Shown here piece after piece: positions 53,091-64,000 of a stretch of DNA of 64,000 bases (its first letter is position 1; the number at the start of each line of letters is the position of its first letter). Both the position numbers and the translations under genes were made by a program. A model generated the notes under the pieces. That model made no database searches, was not told the origin of the DNA, and was given only the letters and a program-made list of their open reading frames with translations. The DNA comes from Bigelowiella natans CCMP2755 (taxonomy: Eukaryota > Protista > Cercozoa), in the NCBI GenBank assembly GCA_000320545.1, contig ADNK01000149.1:186001-250000 (forward strand). The letters are read 5' to 3'.

Positions 53091-55257
53091 TTTGTTTTTC
53101 GCTACTATTACTACTACCACTATTACTAATACTCTCACCCCCTTATTTTCCCTTGCAGAAGTGGAAGCGCCTCCTCGCCGCAGGGGGAGGTTTTGGTGAA
53201 TGCGATGGGGATGGAGGCTTCGGTAGATGCCTTTTGAATAATAAAATAGATTAGATTTATAGTAGAAGAAGAAGAAGAAGAAGAAGAAGAAGAAGAACGA
53301 CAAGAACAGAGACCGGGTTAGTACAGTTGCTTCTCTGTCTCCTCCTCTTCGTCCTTCTCTCTTCCACTTTCCTTTTCTCATGATTTCTCTTGATATTTTC
53401 TCTTTTTTTCTCCTTCCCTTTTCCTCTTCTTCTTCTTCTTCTACCCTTCTTCGCATCACAAACCGCGCTATTACCACTGCTACTACAACTACAACTACAA
53501 CTACCTCCGTGTCGCATTTGTAGCGCCATAGAGATAGGACGAGTAGTTACCCCCGCTGCCAGCGCCCTTTGCTCGCTGCATGGATGGACGGCAATCAGTG
53601 GTAAAGAAAAGGAGGAGGAGGTGGAGGAGGAGGAGGAGAGAAAGTAGCAAGAGGAAGAACAAGATGGGTGGTGCGGCTAGGAATTAATGATGCTAGTGAC
53701 GACGAATCTATCATGATCATAAATAGCAAACTAACACACACAACTATTTACGGCGACACTCGATGAGAGGACTGGTTGTGTGCTTGTTTTGTGTCTCAGA
53801 AGCTAGGAGGAAATCGTATCCATCATCCTGTTGATCTACCATCACCTGCTGCTGTTGCTTTTGGGGCGGCATCGAGCGAGGGCGACGAAATTGGGAATGG
53901 CGATTCTGCTGCTGCTGGATCCTACTGATAATCGATGCAGTAGTTTCATGTTCAGTGTGCACAAAAACTGTTCTTTACTTCTTCTTCTACTACTACTACT
54001 ACTACTACTACTACTGCACTAATACCACTGCTACCACTACTCATATTCCTTCTTAGCATCGACATCATCTCTCGCATATCATACTTTCGTATTTGCTACC
54101 TGGCATTGATAGCAGCAGCATTCATACTTGTACCATCTCCGCTTTGACCACGCCTAAGGACAGAATCGTTCATATATAAGATGATGATGTTCTATTCTTT
54201 TCATCATCATCAGTACACAGAATCTGGCAGCGCATTGGGAGAGGAGAATTAGGAGACGACGAGTAGGAGGGAAATGGTGATAACTACTCTCAATCAATGC
54301 AATAACCTCGCCATAGGTGGCGGTCTCTGAATGGTGCTATCTCGCGGATGATGCTGCAGAAGGAATAACAGAAGTAGGAGGAGTAGCACGAAGAAGAGGA
54401 AGAAGAAGGGGAGGAGGAGGAGGAGGAGTACTGAAGATAGTTGGCAGAATAACGATATAAGATTATATACATTACACAGTATACATAACAATCGGAGAGA
54501 AAGGTGTATCATCCTACAACTTACTACTACTTCTGGCAGACGCTGGTACGCATTGTCCAAGCCAAACCCAGCTTCCCCATCACGATAGTGAAGGTTATTG
54601 TTGTTGTTGTTGTTGTTGTTGTTATTGTTATGAAGTCTGTAGTTATTGCGGGCCGCTGCTGCTGAATATGATTGACGGGAGTTCAAGAGAACAGAGGAGG
54701 GAGGGAGGGAGGGAGGGAGGAGGGGGAAACACTGATAAGAAAAAGACGCGTCATCGTCTACAAATCTTCTCTAAGCGCGAGCGGGCATGAGAACGGAAGA
54801 GTGACGTTCCATAAGATCGCTTCCCCCTCCGCCTCCTCTGCCCCTCCTCTTCGCATTCTTATGTTTCTTCTCATCCGCCAACCTCGATAGCTTCAATGCA
54901 AAATTCTCATCTCACATCATCATCATCATCATCAGCATCATCATCATTATCAATGCAAGGAGTATCATGTTGTCTTCTTCCATACCGTCGTCGGTGCAGC
55001 AGCACTGGAGGGAGATTCCACCTTCAGATCCACGCGTCTATATACCATCATCATCGTCATCATCAATGTATTACTTCAGTCGGTAGAAAGGGGGGGGGGA
55101 ATGATCACGTGAATGGCGTCATCAACGATAATTTCTGATAATACTGTATATCCGTACTAATACTACTCTATATGTTAATTCGTCGCCTGCATACCTGGGA
55201 GAAGATGACGTGTGCATTGAATAACGCGATCGCGAGGAGAACAGCCAGCTTTTATGT

Positions 55258-55297
<40 letters not shown>

Positions 55298-56217
55298 ATC
55301 ATGAGCAGCGTCAAAGCCCCCCACCAGTAACACACGTACGATAATGGATTTGCAACAACAAAACACAGAGATCATCGAGATCAGTAGTTTTCATGATACA
55401 ATTTAAAAAAAAAAAGAAGGTGATTGTGGGGATTCTAGTGATGAAGCAACACTCGTGCCAGCACATACACACACACACACACACACACTACAGCGCACAG
55501 AATCATGGTATTGTTGTTTTGTCCGATTCGCAAAGAATAGCAGGCAAATACCACGCATACGGCGTAAAACTGAGCGGTTTCAGTCGGAAGGACCTTAAAA
55601 ACACATGAAAGGAGGAGGGGAGAATAACGAAGGAGTGATATATTCGTGATAAATCTGTTCCAACACTGTGTTATATGGAGACGACCAAGAAGACAAATAA
55701 TCGCTGGTGAGAAAGTATTTGAAATGTATGGGTGCTTTTGTTTGTTCGTTCGGGGACTGTAGTGCTTTGGATGATGAACCCACACACATATATGTACATT
55801 TATATATATATATATATATATATGTATATGTATATGAGGCAGTAGTAATAAAAGGTGGTGTTTCATATCTTCTTCCTCTTCTTTTTCTTCTTTTCTTTTA
55901 AATCTCTCACAAATCGCTTCTCGTCAAGGAAGGGTATCCCCGCAAAGGCCACGCATGTCCCTGAGCTCTTCAAACGCAGGAGCGGCAGTAGCAGCAGCAG
56001 CAGAGAGAAGGTGGGGATAGGATAGATGCCACACATCGATCAGCAAGCCAACCAAACCAACCAACATGCAAGAAAGAACGCACATGAGCCCCTGTCACTC
56101 TTCGGACATGCGTCACAACACGCGCCAGCGCGAGCGAAGATTACTCTGACACGTATACGTAGATATTACGAACATTGCCCCCCCCCCTTTCTCCACCCAC
56201 TACTACTACTTCTTCTT

Positions 56218-56248
<31 letters not shown>

Positions 56249-56404
56249 AACTACCGGAAGAATCGAAAGGGAATCGTACTGGCAAGGGAGCTTCACCCAA
56301 GCCGCCTGAGCAGTAGGAGGAAAAGAAGGAGGAGGAGGAGGAGGAGGAGGAGGAGGAGGAGGACGTGAACCCACCACATACGCACACATACCCCATCATG
56401 GCTA

Positions 56405-56443
<39 letters not shown>

Positions 56444-56596
56444 GGCAACTGAGGATCTCCCTCCTTTCTCCTCCTCCTCCTCCACCACCTCCTCCTCCTT
56501 GTTATCGTTGTTGTTTATCTGCTAGATTCAACCAGAGACACAGCTATGATCCCTCCAATAAAACCGAACAAGTGCCCTGCGAATCCGATCTGAAGC

Positions 56597-56630
<34 letters not shown>

Positions 56631-57111
56631 GCAGAGCACGGTCATGGAGGAGTGCTGCAGGGAGGAGAATACATGGCCAAGAGCTACGAGAAGGGAATAG
56701 GAAGCAACACTCAAAATCTAACACACGCACACACGCACAGACGTATAATATAATACGATGTATTACCGTGCTGCCATTTCCAGCCATCATGACCAAGAGC
56801 GTTCGAATGACATCAAACACCAACCACATGCATGCGTAGTACAGCCGCCCTCTGTGTCGTATGGAAGAAGAAGAAGAAGAAGAAGAAGAAGAAGAAGAAG
56901 CAGAAGAGTATTGTGACGATGACGACGATGAAGATATTTATTCAAAAGAGGAAATAGATGGTGGAGGATTACTGTCAGAAGAGTACAGATTGAGAGGTGC
57001 GAGCAGAAGAGTATTTGACGATGACGATGGCGATGATGATGATATTTATTCAAAAGAGGAAATAGATGGTGGAGGATTACTGTGAGAAGAGTACAGGTTG
57101 AGAGGTGCGAG

Positions 57112-57151
<40 letters not shown>

Positions 57152-58477
57152 CATCAGCTACTTTTCATATCATTATATTAATAAAAAAAATCATATACGA
57201 AACACATAATTCCATGGATTTTGAGCTTGAGCTTCATAATTCGTGGGTATGTAGCAGCAACCTCAGTGCGGGGGCATATCTGCCACTTGTGTTGTATCCA
57301 ATACCAATCATGCAGAGCTAAGAGGAGGCGGAGGGGGAGGGGGAGGGCAAGGATGACGACGATGAAGATAGAGTAGCAGTAACTCTATCGAAATTATAAA
57401 TATGGAAAAAACGCCATTCTTTTGAGTGCTGAAAGACGACGAGAAAAGTGATGTATAGCTGTATATCCGTCTTCTTATAACCACATTAAAGCTGTAGTCT
57501 CAAATGCTGATGATCCTCCTAGTGACATGCAAATAGCAGCATCTTGCATCTCATCGCAAGTAACAACCCCCATTATGGCGCCCTGGAGGCCGAAGCACAC
57601 GCCTGACAATCCTGAGATAGCAGCATCATAATGTGGTGGAAGGAGGGGTGGATGGTGGGAGGTTAGCAACGAAGAAGAAGAAGAAGAAGAAGAAGAAGAA
57701 GAAGAGGAGGAGGAGAAGAGACATGGAAGGAATGAGTTCCTTTATTTGATAAGTGATGATGGATATTACCCTCTATCATGCCTTGGAAGGTAAAGATCGA
57801 AGCACCTAATTCGGTTTGTAACAAAGGCGTCTATCTTGGGGACGAGGACGTGCAACGAAAATCTAGTATTTTTGGGTTTCCACGCTTTGAAACTAATCGC
57901 TCATTTAACTGGCAGAACTGAGGCCGTTTGGCCAAAATGGTGCGGATTTGGTATATTGTCATATTTTCGGACACACTGATTATGCGACATCTCTTCTCCC
58001 GTTTTCTTCTTCTTCTTGTTCTTGTTCTTCTTCTTCCACTTTGACATACCTAGACCCGAGGAGAACGCGGATACCGCAACTACCCAGATGACATTCAGGC
58101 TTCCCTGTAGAATAACAATAATAATATTAATTGATGAAAATAGTACCGATGATGCGATGATGATAATAATGATGATGATGAGAGAAATGCCATTCATATC
58201 AATACATATTAAGAATAGCACGGGTACACACACGCACACACACACACATCGTATAATTATATTCAAATTGCTACTGACTTCAGATGTGAATCAACTTGAA
58301 TAATATACGACTCACCACATATATCGGTGGGGTTTCGGAGCTGTACGCAATGGTTCGTGGCAGCTAGAAAACAAAAAATGGCGACAACAACACGACGCAG
58401 CAAGGAAGGAGGGCTTCAGGGAATCGAGTGAAAACGTGGTTAATTGAAGAGGAAGATAGATGGCGCACATCAGTCAT

Positions 58478-58511
<34 letters not shown>

Positions 58512-58639
58512 CGTGCAGGAGAGAACCGCGAACGAAACAGTAGCAATGCATTTCGTCGGTCGGTAAAGCAACCAAAGCAAAGCACATCCAAACCTAGTCA
58601 CCTTCGGGATGACTATCATCACTATTATGATAATGTTTT

Positions 58640-58676
<37 letters not shown>

Positions 58677-60357
58677 GCTACTACTACTACCCCCTCCAAA
58701 TCCAGAGCGAAGCATAGCATGACGAGATTCAGCAACAAGTGAAGCACTGTGGTGGTGGCGGCCGGATTCGATATAATATGTGGAGAGGAGGAGGAGGAGA
58801 AACAAGAGACAAATTTCTATAAGGAATGGCGATATCACACCCGTATGTATTTTATGTTAGCTAAGCGCTTGTTTCATCATCGTCAATAAGAAAATATATT
58901 CGTACAGTACGTGCATGTGCACGTGTGTGTGTATTTGTGTGTGTGTGCGATTGTGTCATCGTCACTCACCATCGGAGTGAAGAAAGATATGAGTCAGAAA
59001 TCTCCAGAACTGTTTGAACGTCCCCCAGCGAAACAATTTTAGAATACAAGTCATACTCTATTCCATTTCGAGTCGGTGCATAATCATTATCACCATCATC
59101 ATCTACTAGTACTATCACTACTACTACTACTACCTCTCCATGCTTCAGCGTGGCGGGTGGAAATAAAACTGTCAGCCGTAAGAATGTCGAACCGCCTTTA
59201 TGAGTAGAACAGACAGAGAGTAGTAGTAGCAGCAGAGTAGACACCATTGTTAGCTATGCGATCTCACGGCTCATCATGCAGCGACGACGCATTTGCAGTA
59301 TTGATTTGCAATTCATTCATCGTTCAAACAGCTCCCGGGTCTCTCGAGTGGGGAAAATACTGCTGCAAGAACACGGTATATATTCGATAATCTCGGGCTC
59401 AGAACACAGAGAAAGTGCGTCGTACATGGGGCGCTGTTCGTTAGTTTCTGCAAGATGAGCCCGATGATTCCTAATGCCCCGATCTGTAATGGTATCATCG
59501 GCAAAATTAAGGAGTGTATGTACTTAGTTGCTACTCGAATTCAGTGATGGGGAATAAGTCGTACCGACACGAGAACAGGGGAATGTGTCCAGACGTCCAT
59601 CAGCCCGCTGAATAAATAGCAGAGCAAATCATAAGTAACACCCTTTCAAAATAGATTAATGGGCAGGTGGAGGAGGAGGAGGGAGACCACGATAACTAAC
59701 AGCGAGTAAATTATCCTTCTAATACTATCAAATCCTCCCTAACTCCTTATCTCTCCTCCTCCTCCTCCTCCTCCTCCTCCTCCTTCTCCTTCCACCTTTG
59801 CCAGTCTTCGTAAAACAAGAATGGCCACTGAATTACAGAAGGAGTAACATTGATATCAATATCCAACGGATGACGAACAGGTTCATCGACCGACCGTAAT
59901 AGGCGGCGGAGGGTATCTAATATCGAGCTTTTTTGCCATTAGATTCCTGAATGCGCTTCGTGTCGATCCAGCGTATCCATTACCGTAGCCGCTGCCCCCC
60001 CCCCCAGCCTAAGCGAGGTAATATAAGATTAAAGATCTTGTCGCTGTACTGAGGGATTAGCATCAGACCGTTGGCACAATATAATTGGTGCTGTACTCGT
60101 CAACGTTGCTTTTTAAGAAGCTGCTTCCTAAGATAATATAAGAGTCAAGTATCAGCATCTCAAATGGAATAATTAAGCCCCGCCCCTGCCGCCATTGCAC
60201 GAACCAATTACAGCGTTAGGAGGAGGAGACCTGAGCGCGTCGAGTAACCAACACAAAGAAGGAAGAGCAATGCCACTGCCGTGGCAGAATACAAGATTAG
60301 CAGTGATGAACCACGGAAAGAAGACGCCCGTAGACTGGGGGAGGGGGCACGTGCCAT
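52526..60357 (-). CDS. Rhomboid-family intramembrane serine protease with N-terminal signal/leader and probable long C-terminal extension
   Basis: Exons give GE|FWRFLTHIFLHSD|VLHLLLNLVML (WR and HxxxN motifs, ~59010-58700), GLSGVCFG (catalytic Ser, ~57600) and IGFAGHLFGFIGG (catalytic His, ~56575). The core is firm. Linkage of exons 52526-56315 to this gene is less certain. Confidence 0.82.
56900..57115. repeat. Intronic tandem duplication (~105-bp unit, 2 copies)
   Basis: gatatttattcaaaagaggaaatagatggtggaggattactgt(c/g)agaagagtacag(a/g)ttgagaggtgcgagca occurs at 56933 and 57041. Confidence 0.92.
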
Positions 60358-60569
60358 AGCGCCGAGCACAAACACCAGGGCGGGTTTTGATCTATTTCGA
60401 GAGATAAATTTGAATAAATGCATGTCGCGCCTTATAAAAAGCACTTGGGGTATCAACATGCGACAGACAACTGTTAAAAGTTGTTGAAACGGCTTCCTTT
60501 TTTTTAAAAAACATTCCCCCTAGATTTTCTCTCCGTTCCTTCTCCCAGGAAGAAAGGCGGAAGGGCCGA

Positions 60570-61300
60570 GGGCTAGCTAGCTAGAGGGCTAGAGGGGCCG
60601 AAGGGCCGGCGACTGACTCTTCACACTTTGCTTCGCGTCATTTTGGAGCTCATAAGGGTTTAATTTCACATGCTTCGCACATCTTTCAGTTCAGCGACCA
60701 ACGCGTAATTGCAAAATGCTAGCTGATTGGCTGATTGGCACGCTAGACGTGCTAGCGTGACACAAGGCTAGAAAGGTCACATTCAGCAGCCTGTGCATGA
60801 ATGAATGAATGAATGAATTTGCTGCCTGGCCGCGTGTTGCCATGCTACCTAGTGCACCATGTCATGTGCAGTGCTTGTACCTAGCTAGCTAGTACATGGA
60901 GACCATCAATCCTGTCAATCGCATTCTTGGTGCACGCACGCGCAACAACACTGCTGGACTGTCATCCACCGCCCACCTCGATCATTGGCGATTCATGTGC
61001 AGCTCTGGAACGAACAGGCACAGACAAGGTCTTCGAGATAAAGTATGCCTAGATGTCTGCACATCTAGGTATCTGAGTGAGGAACAACCGGAGAACAACG
61101 CACGACCGATCAAGTTGTCGACACAATGATGCAAAGGCCTTTATCGATCAATTGGCAGCACTATAGCATTGCGCTATGCACGTACGCGGCATGTAATTCT
61201 AGAAATGCGTCGTGCATGCTCGTAATAGAGCATGCTGGAAACACCTGCATGCTCCGAAATGCCTAGATGTATGCACGTTGAGCACAGATGCAGTTTGAGA
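60570..61300. other. Palindrome-dense intergenic island downstream of the VPS9 gene
   Basis: gctagctagctag runs (~60571, ~60880), hairpin cctagatgt-ctgc-acatctagg (61048-61069) and many TGCA/CATG words. Confidence 0.7.
60722..60738 (-). promoter_or_regulatory. Tandem CCAAT boxes upstream of the rhomboid gene
   Basis: gctgattggctgattgg gives two CCAAT motifs on the minus strand, ~370 bp upstream of ATG 60357. Confidence 0.3.
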
Positions 61301-61367
61301 GACAATAGATATCACGTTAAAACGCGACATAAGGAACACATCTACGTCCATCCTTCAGCATGTGCAA

Positions 61368-63745
61368 TCATATAAGACTTTTGCCACCGCTTTCGAAAGG
61401 TGTTTTTCCATCCACAAAATCCTATGAATTTATACGATTGGTAAATTGAAAAATCGATCTTTTGTGAAAAATATTCTGGGGCTACAAACACGTGTGATTC
61501 CAATTGAGCTACACGAAATGTATGGTTAGAAACATCGATGCGTTGTCGTCCTCAAAATATAAAATTTGTTGCGAATTATTTGAAAATGATCTTGTTTCTC
61601 TTATTAATAGGTGCCTGTGGGTTGGCAGAAGCGACGAAATGCAGAGCCCCCTCAACTGCCGTCATATAATACATTTTTTCGCTGCTAGCATCTTCCTTCC
61701 GGCCAAACATCTTAGGAACAAAAGCGATATCAAGATACTGGCATTCAAGTAAGTTGATGTTTATTCGTTGAAATTGGTTCTATCTTAGATTGCCGTGCAT
61801 TATTATTGTATATAACCACCTTAACTAGGTGTATTGCACGATGCAGCCTATGCAGATCTCCATGCTGAAATTGTAATCGAGCAGGAAAGCAAAAACACTC
61901 AACGAAATAATCTCAATTTATCATCCATCCACATGGAACTCTTGCAGAGAAGGCCTAGCACCAGCACCGATGATACCGTGCAAACAGTTCGTTGTAACAA
62001 CCACCATGCCCAAAGGGAAAAGGTTGATAGATATTCACAGATGCCGAAGAACATAAACTCATCGAATCCTTGAGGCGAAATTTAGGCTAAAATGTTCCTT
62101 CACGTCATCATCGCTATCATCATCTTATCTTTGAAATCACGGTGAGAGAATAATCCATGCAGCAATCCATGCACCACCACCAAAATTACATACCGTGACG
62201 ACGTAAAGCAAAATCGGAAAGAAGCTATCAGCGCCCATTTTGACAGGGGGAGGTTCACCACTGCTGCAGCAGCAACAACGACACGAATCAAAGTAGAGAG
62301 TAAAAATCAGAGAAATTCTCGGAGCCATATTAGAATTTATAAGAGCTCGATTACATTGTATGATGCTTGTCTTCTACTGCTACTATGCGTTGTTGCTTCC
62401 CCTCGTCTGCAGGCGGCTGTCTTTCTCGGCCGCTCACTCGAGGAGGAGGAGGAGGAGAGGATATTGTAGAGGGAGGAGAAGTATGTTTCTTCGATTGATC
62501 AGCAGCAGCAGCAGCAGCAGCTGAAGATACTTGCTCTTCGTTGATTGCATTCATTACTGAGTACCGCCGTGAGAGAGTGTAGATGTTCTTCAATGATAAT
62601 AAGATTCCACGGGTAAGTAGTAGTAGGTAGCAGCACCATTACTAAACATCATCATCATCATTTTGCTGCTACATGATGTTGATATCCAAGGTCAGGTCTC
62701 TCACCCTCATCTCTACACACGCAATGCTGCATCCGTAATCATCGTCATCGTCGTCGTCATCATCATCATCGTCATCGTCGTTTTAATCATGGCAAAACCA
62801 CAAATTCTTCTACTAGTAGTAGTAGTACCCGTGCTGAATGCAAGACCGCATGCATGATATCTTCTGGAGCCGTCAAAGTGCACGCTTCCTCTAGAATTCC
62901 TGCAGAGTTTACAATCGTCATCATGATGATCATGATAATCATCATCATCGTCATCACCATCATCATCATGATCGTATAATACGCACAGGTGATGTAATGG
63001 TTATGCGTAGTACTGATGGCTGCATTGTAAGGCTGCTGCTGTGGTCGCACGTTCCTGGGTATGGCTATCTCTCCTCCCTTTGCTTCTTCGGGATGATGAT
63101 GACTAGGAGGAGGAGGAGAAGGAGGAGAGCAGCTCGGCGTGGTAGTTCTGTTGCTGGTATTACTGCTATACGACGATTCCACGACGATGTGCTGCTTTTT
63201 CGTGGGTTGTTTATCACCGACAACAAAGGAGCACGACAGCGCTTTATCGATGTGATTAGTGGGGAGTGAGGAAGGACTCGAGCTGTTGTCGTTTTTATCG
63301 TCATCATCATCATCATCATTGTTGTTGTTGTCTTCACCAACTTTGCTAGTGGTAATCGGAAGGGACGAGGAGGAGGAGGAGGGGGAGGAGGATACTTGCT
63401 CTAGTTCCTTAAGCTTGCCTTTGGTTTTGTCGCTGCAACCTCCTCCTGCTCCTCCTCCTCCCTCGCCCTTCCTCGGAACATCATCATCGATGGGACAACA
63501 AAATATTGGAGGTATTCCCATCTGAGAACGCAAACAACAGTAACTCACACACCGTGGTGCTAGTACGATTGATAATGACGATGTAGAAGAGACGAGATCG
63601 ACAAGCTCGTCGTTTGTCAAGAACACCGAACATGTACCTGCTGCTGCGTGAGATGGCGCATCCAACGCAGCTTCTTTTTCAATATGTTCTCCCGCGAAAC
63701 GAGGAATTCATCGACGATGCGAATGGTGTGCAGGAACCTTGTCCA

Positions 63746-63786
<41 letters not shown>

Positions 63787-64000
63787 TAGAGAGAGGTAGG
63801 AAGGAGCAAAAAGAGGGATATGGATATCAGAAAGAGGAGAGGGCAAAGATAGAATTATGATAACGAATGTTTCATGCCAGTACTTAGTAGAGAACACGCA
63901 TGGCATTCGTCATGTCGGCAGGGTTGATTATGAGGAGCATTCTCTGCTTTGTTGGTGGAATATGCTGAGGACTTTCAAGATCACGCTCAAAAAAACAAAA
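61368..64000 (-). CDS. 3' part of a VPS9-domain Rab5-family guanine-nucleotide exchange factor
   Basis: Exons give LTAPEDIMHAVLHSAR (~62850), KMGADSFFPILLYVVT (~62220) and SSEKMYYMTAVEGALHFV (~61660), matching the VPS9 GADDxxP and GExxYYxT signatures. The gene starts beyond the window and the stop position is approximate. Confidence 0.85.

Noticed and set aside
59995-60005. Suspected frameshift at the 11-C homopolymer in the rhomboid 5' region
   Set aside because: An additional short GT-AG intron (donor GTAATG) restores the frame without invoking an error.
2584-63906. Numerous short ORFs rich in CVCV, HTHT, RERE, SLSL, YIYI, poly-L/I/M
   Set aside because: Translations of intronic di- and trinucleotide microsatellites.
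1-64000. tRNA, rRNA, snRNA or transposase/reverse-transcriptase genes
   Set aside because: None recognisable by eye. A tRNAscan-SE, Infernal or RepeatModeler run would be needed to exclude small or degenerate elements.

Overview
Gene-dense, intron-rich eukaryotic nuclear DNA, not prokaryotic. Introns are full of (CA)n, (GA)n, (TA)n, (CAT)n and (TAG)n microsatellites, so most short ORFs in the six-frame track are artefacts. The style (many short exons, degenerate GT donors, signal-peptide plus basic leader N-termini) resembles a chlorarachniophyte such as Bigelowiella; this is an inference. Splicing by eye gives about 11 genes: a 3' gene fragment; a small membrane protein; a PP2C phosphatase with a hydrophobic leader, Arg-rich tract and OCRE-like repeat; an ATRX-like SNF2 remodeller with an ADD-type PHD; a ~26 kb Clu-domain/ankyrin/C2/ankyrin gene; a questin-oxidase (AflY/HypA)-like protein; a lone ankyrin mini-ORF; a coiled-coil protein with 61-aa LSQE repeats; a neurabin-like PP1-docking/ZZ-finger protein; a rhomboid protease with a leader; and the 3' part of a VPS9-domain GEF. 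Most genes form head-to-head pairs. Every 3' intergenic interval carries a distinctive island rich in short palindromes (GCTAGC, CATG, TGCA). Exon boundaries and gene ends were inferred manually and are approximate.
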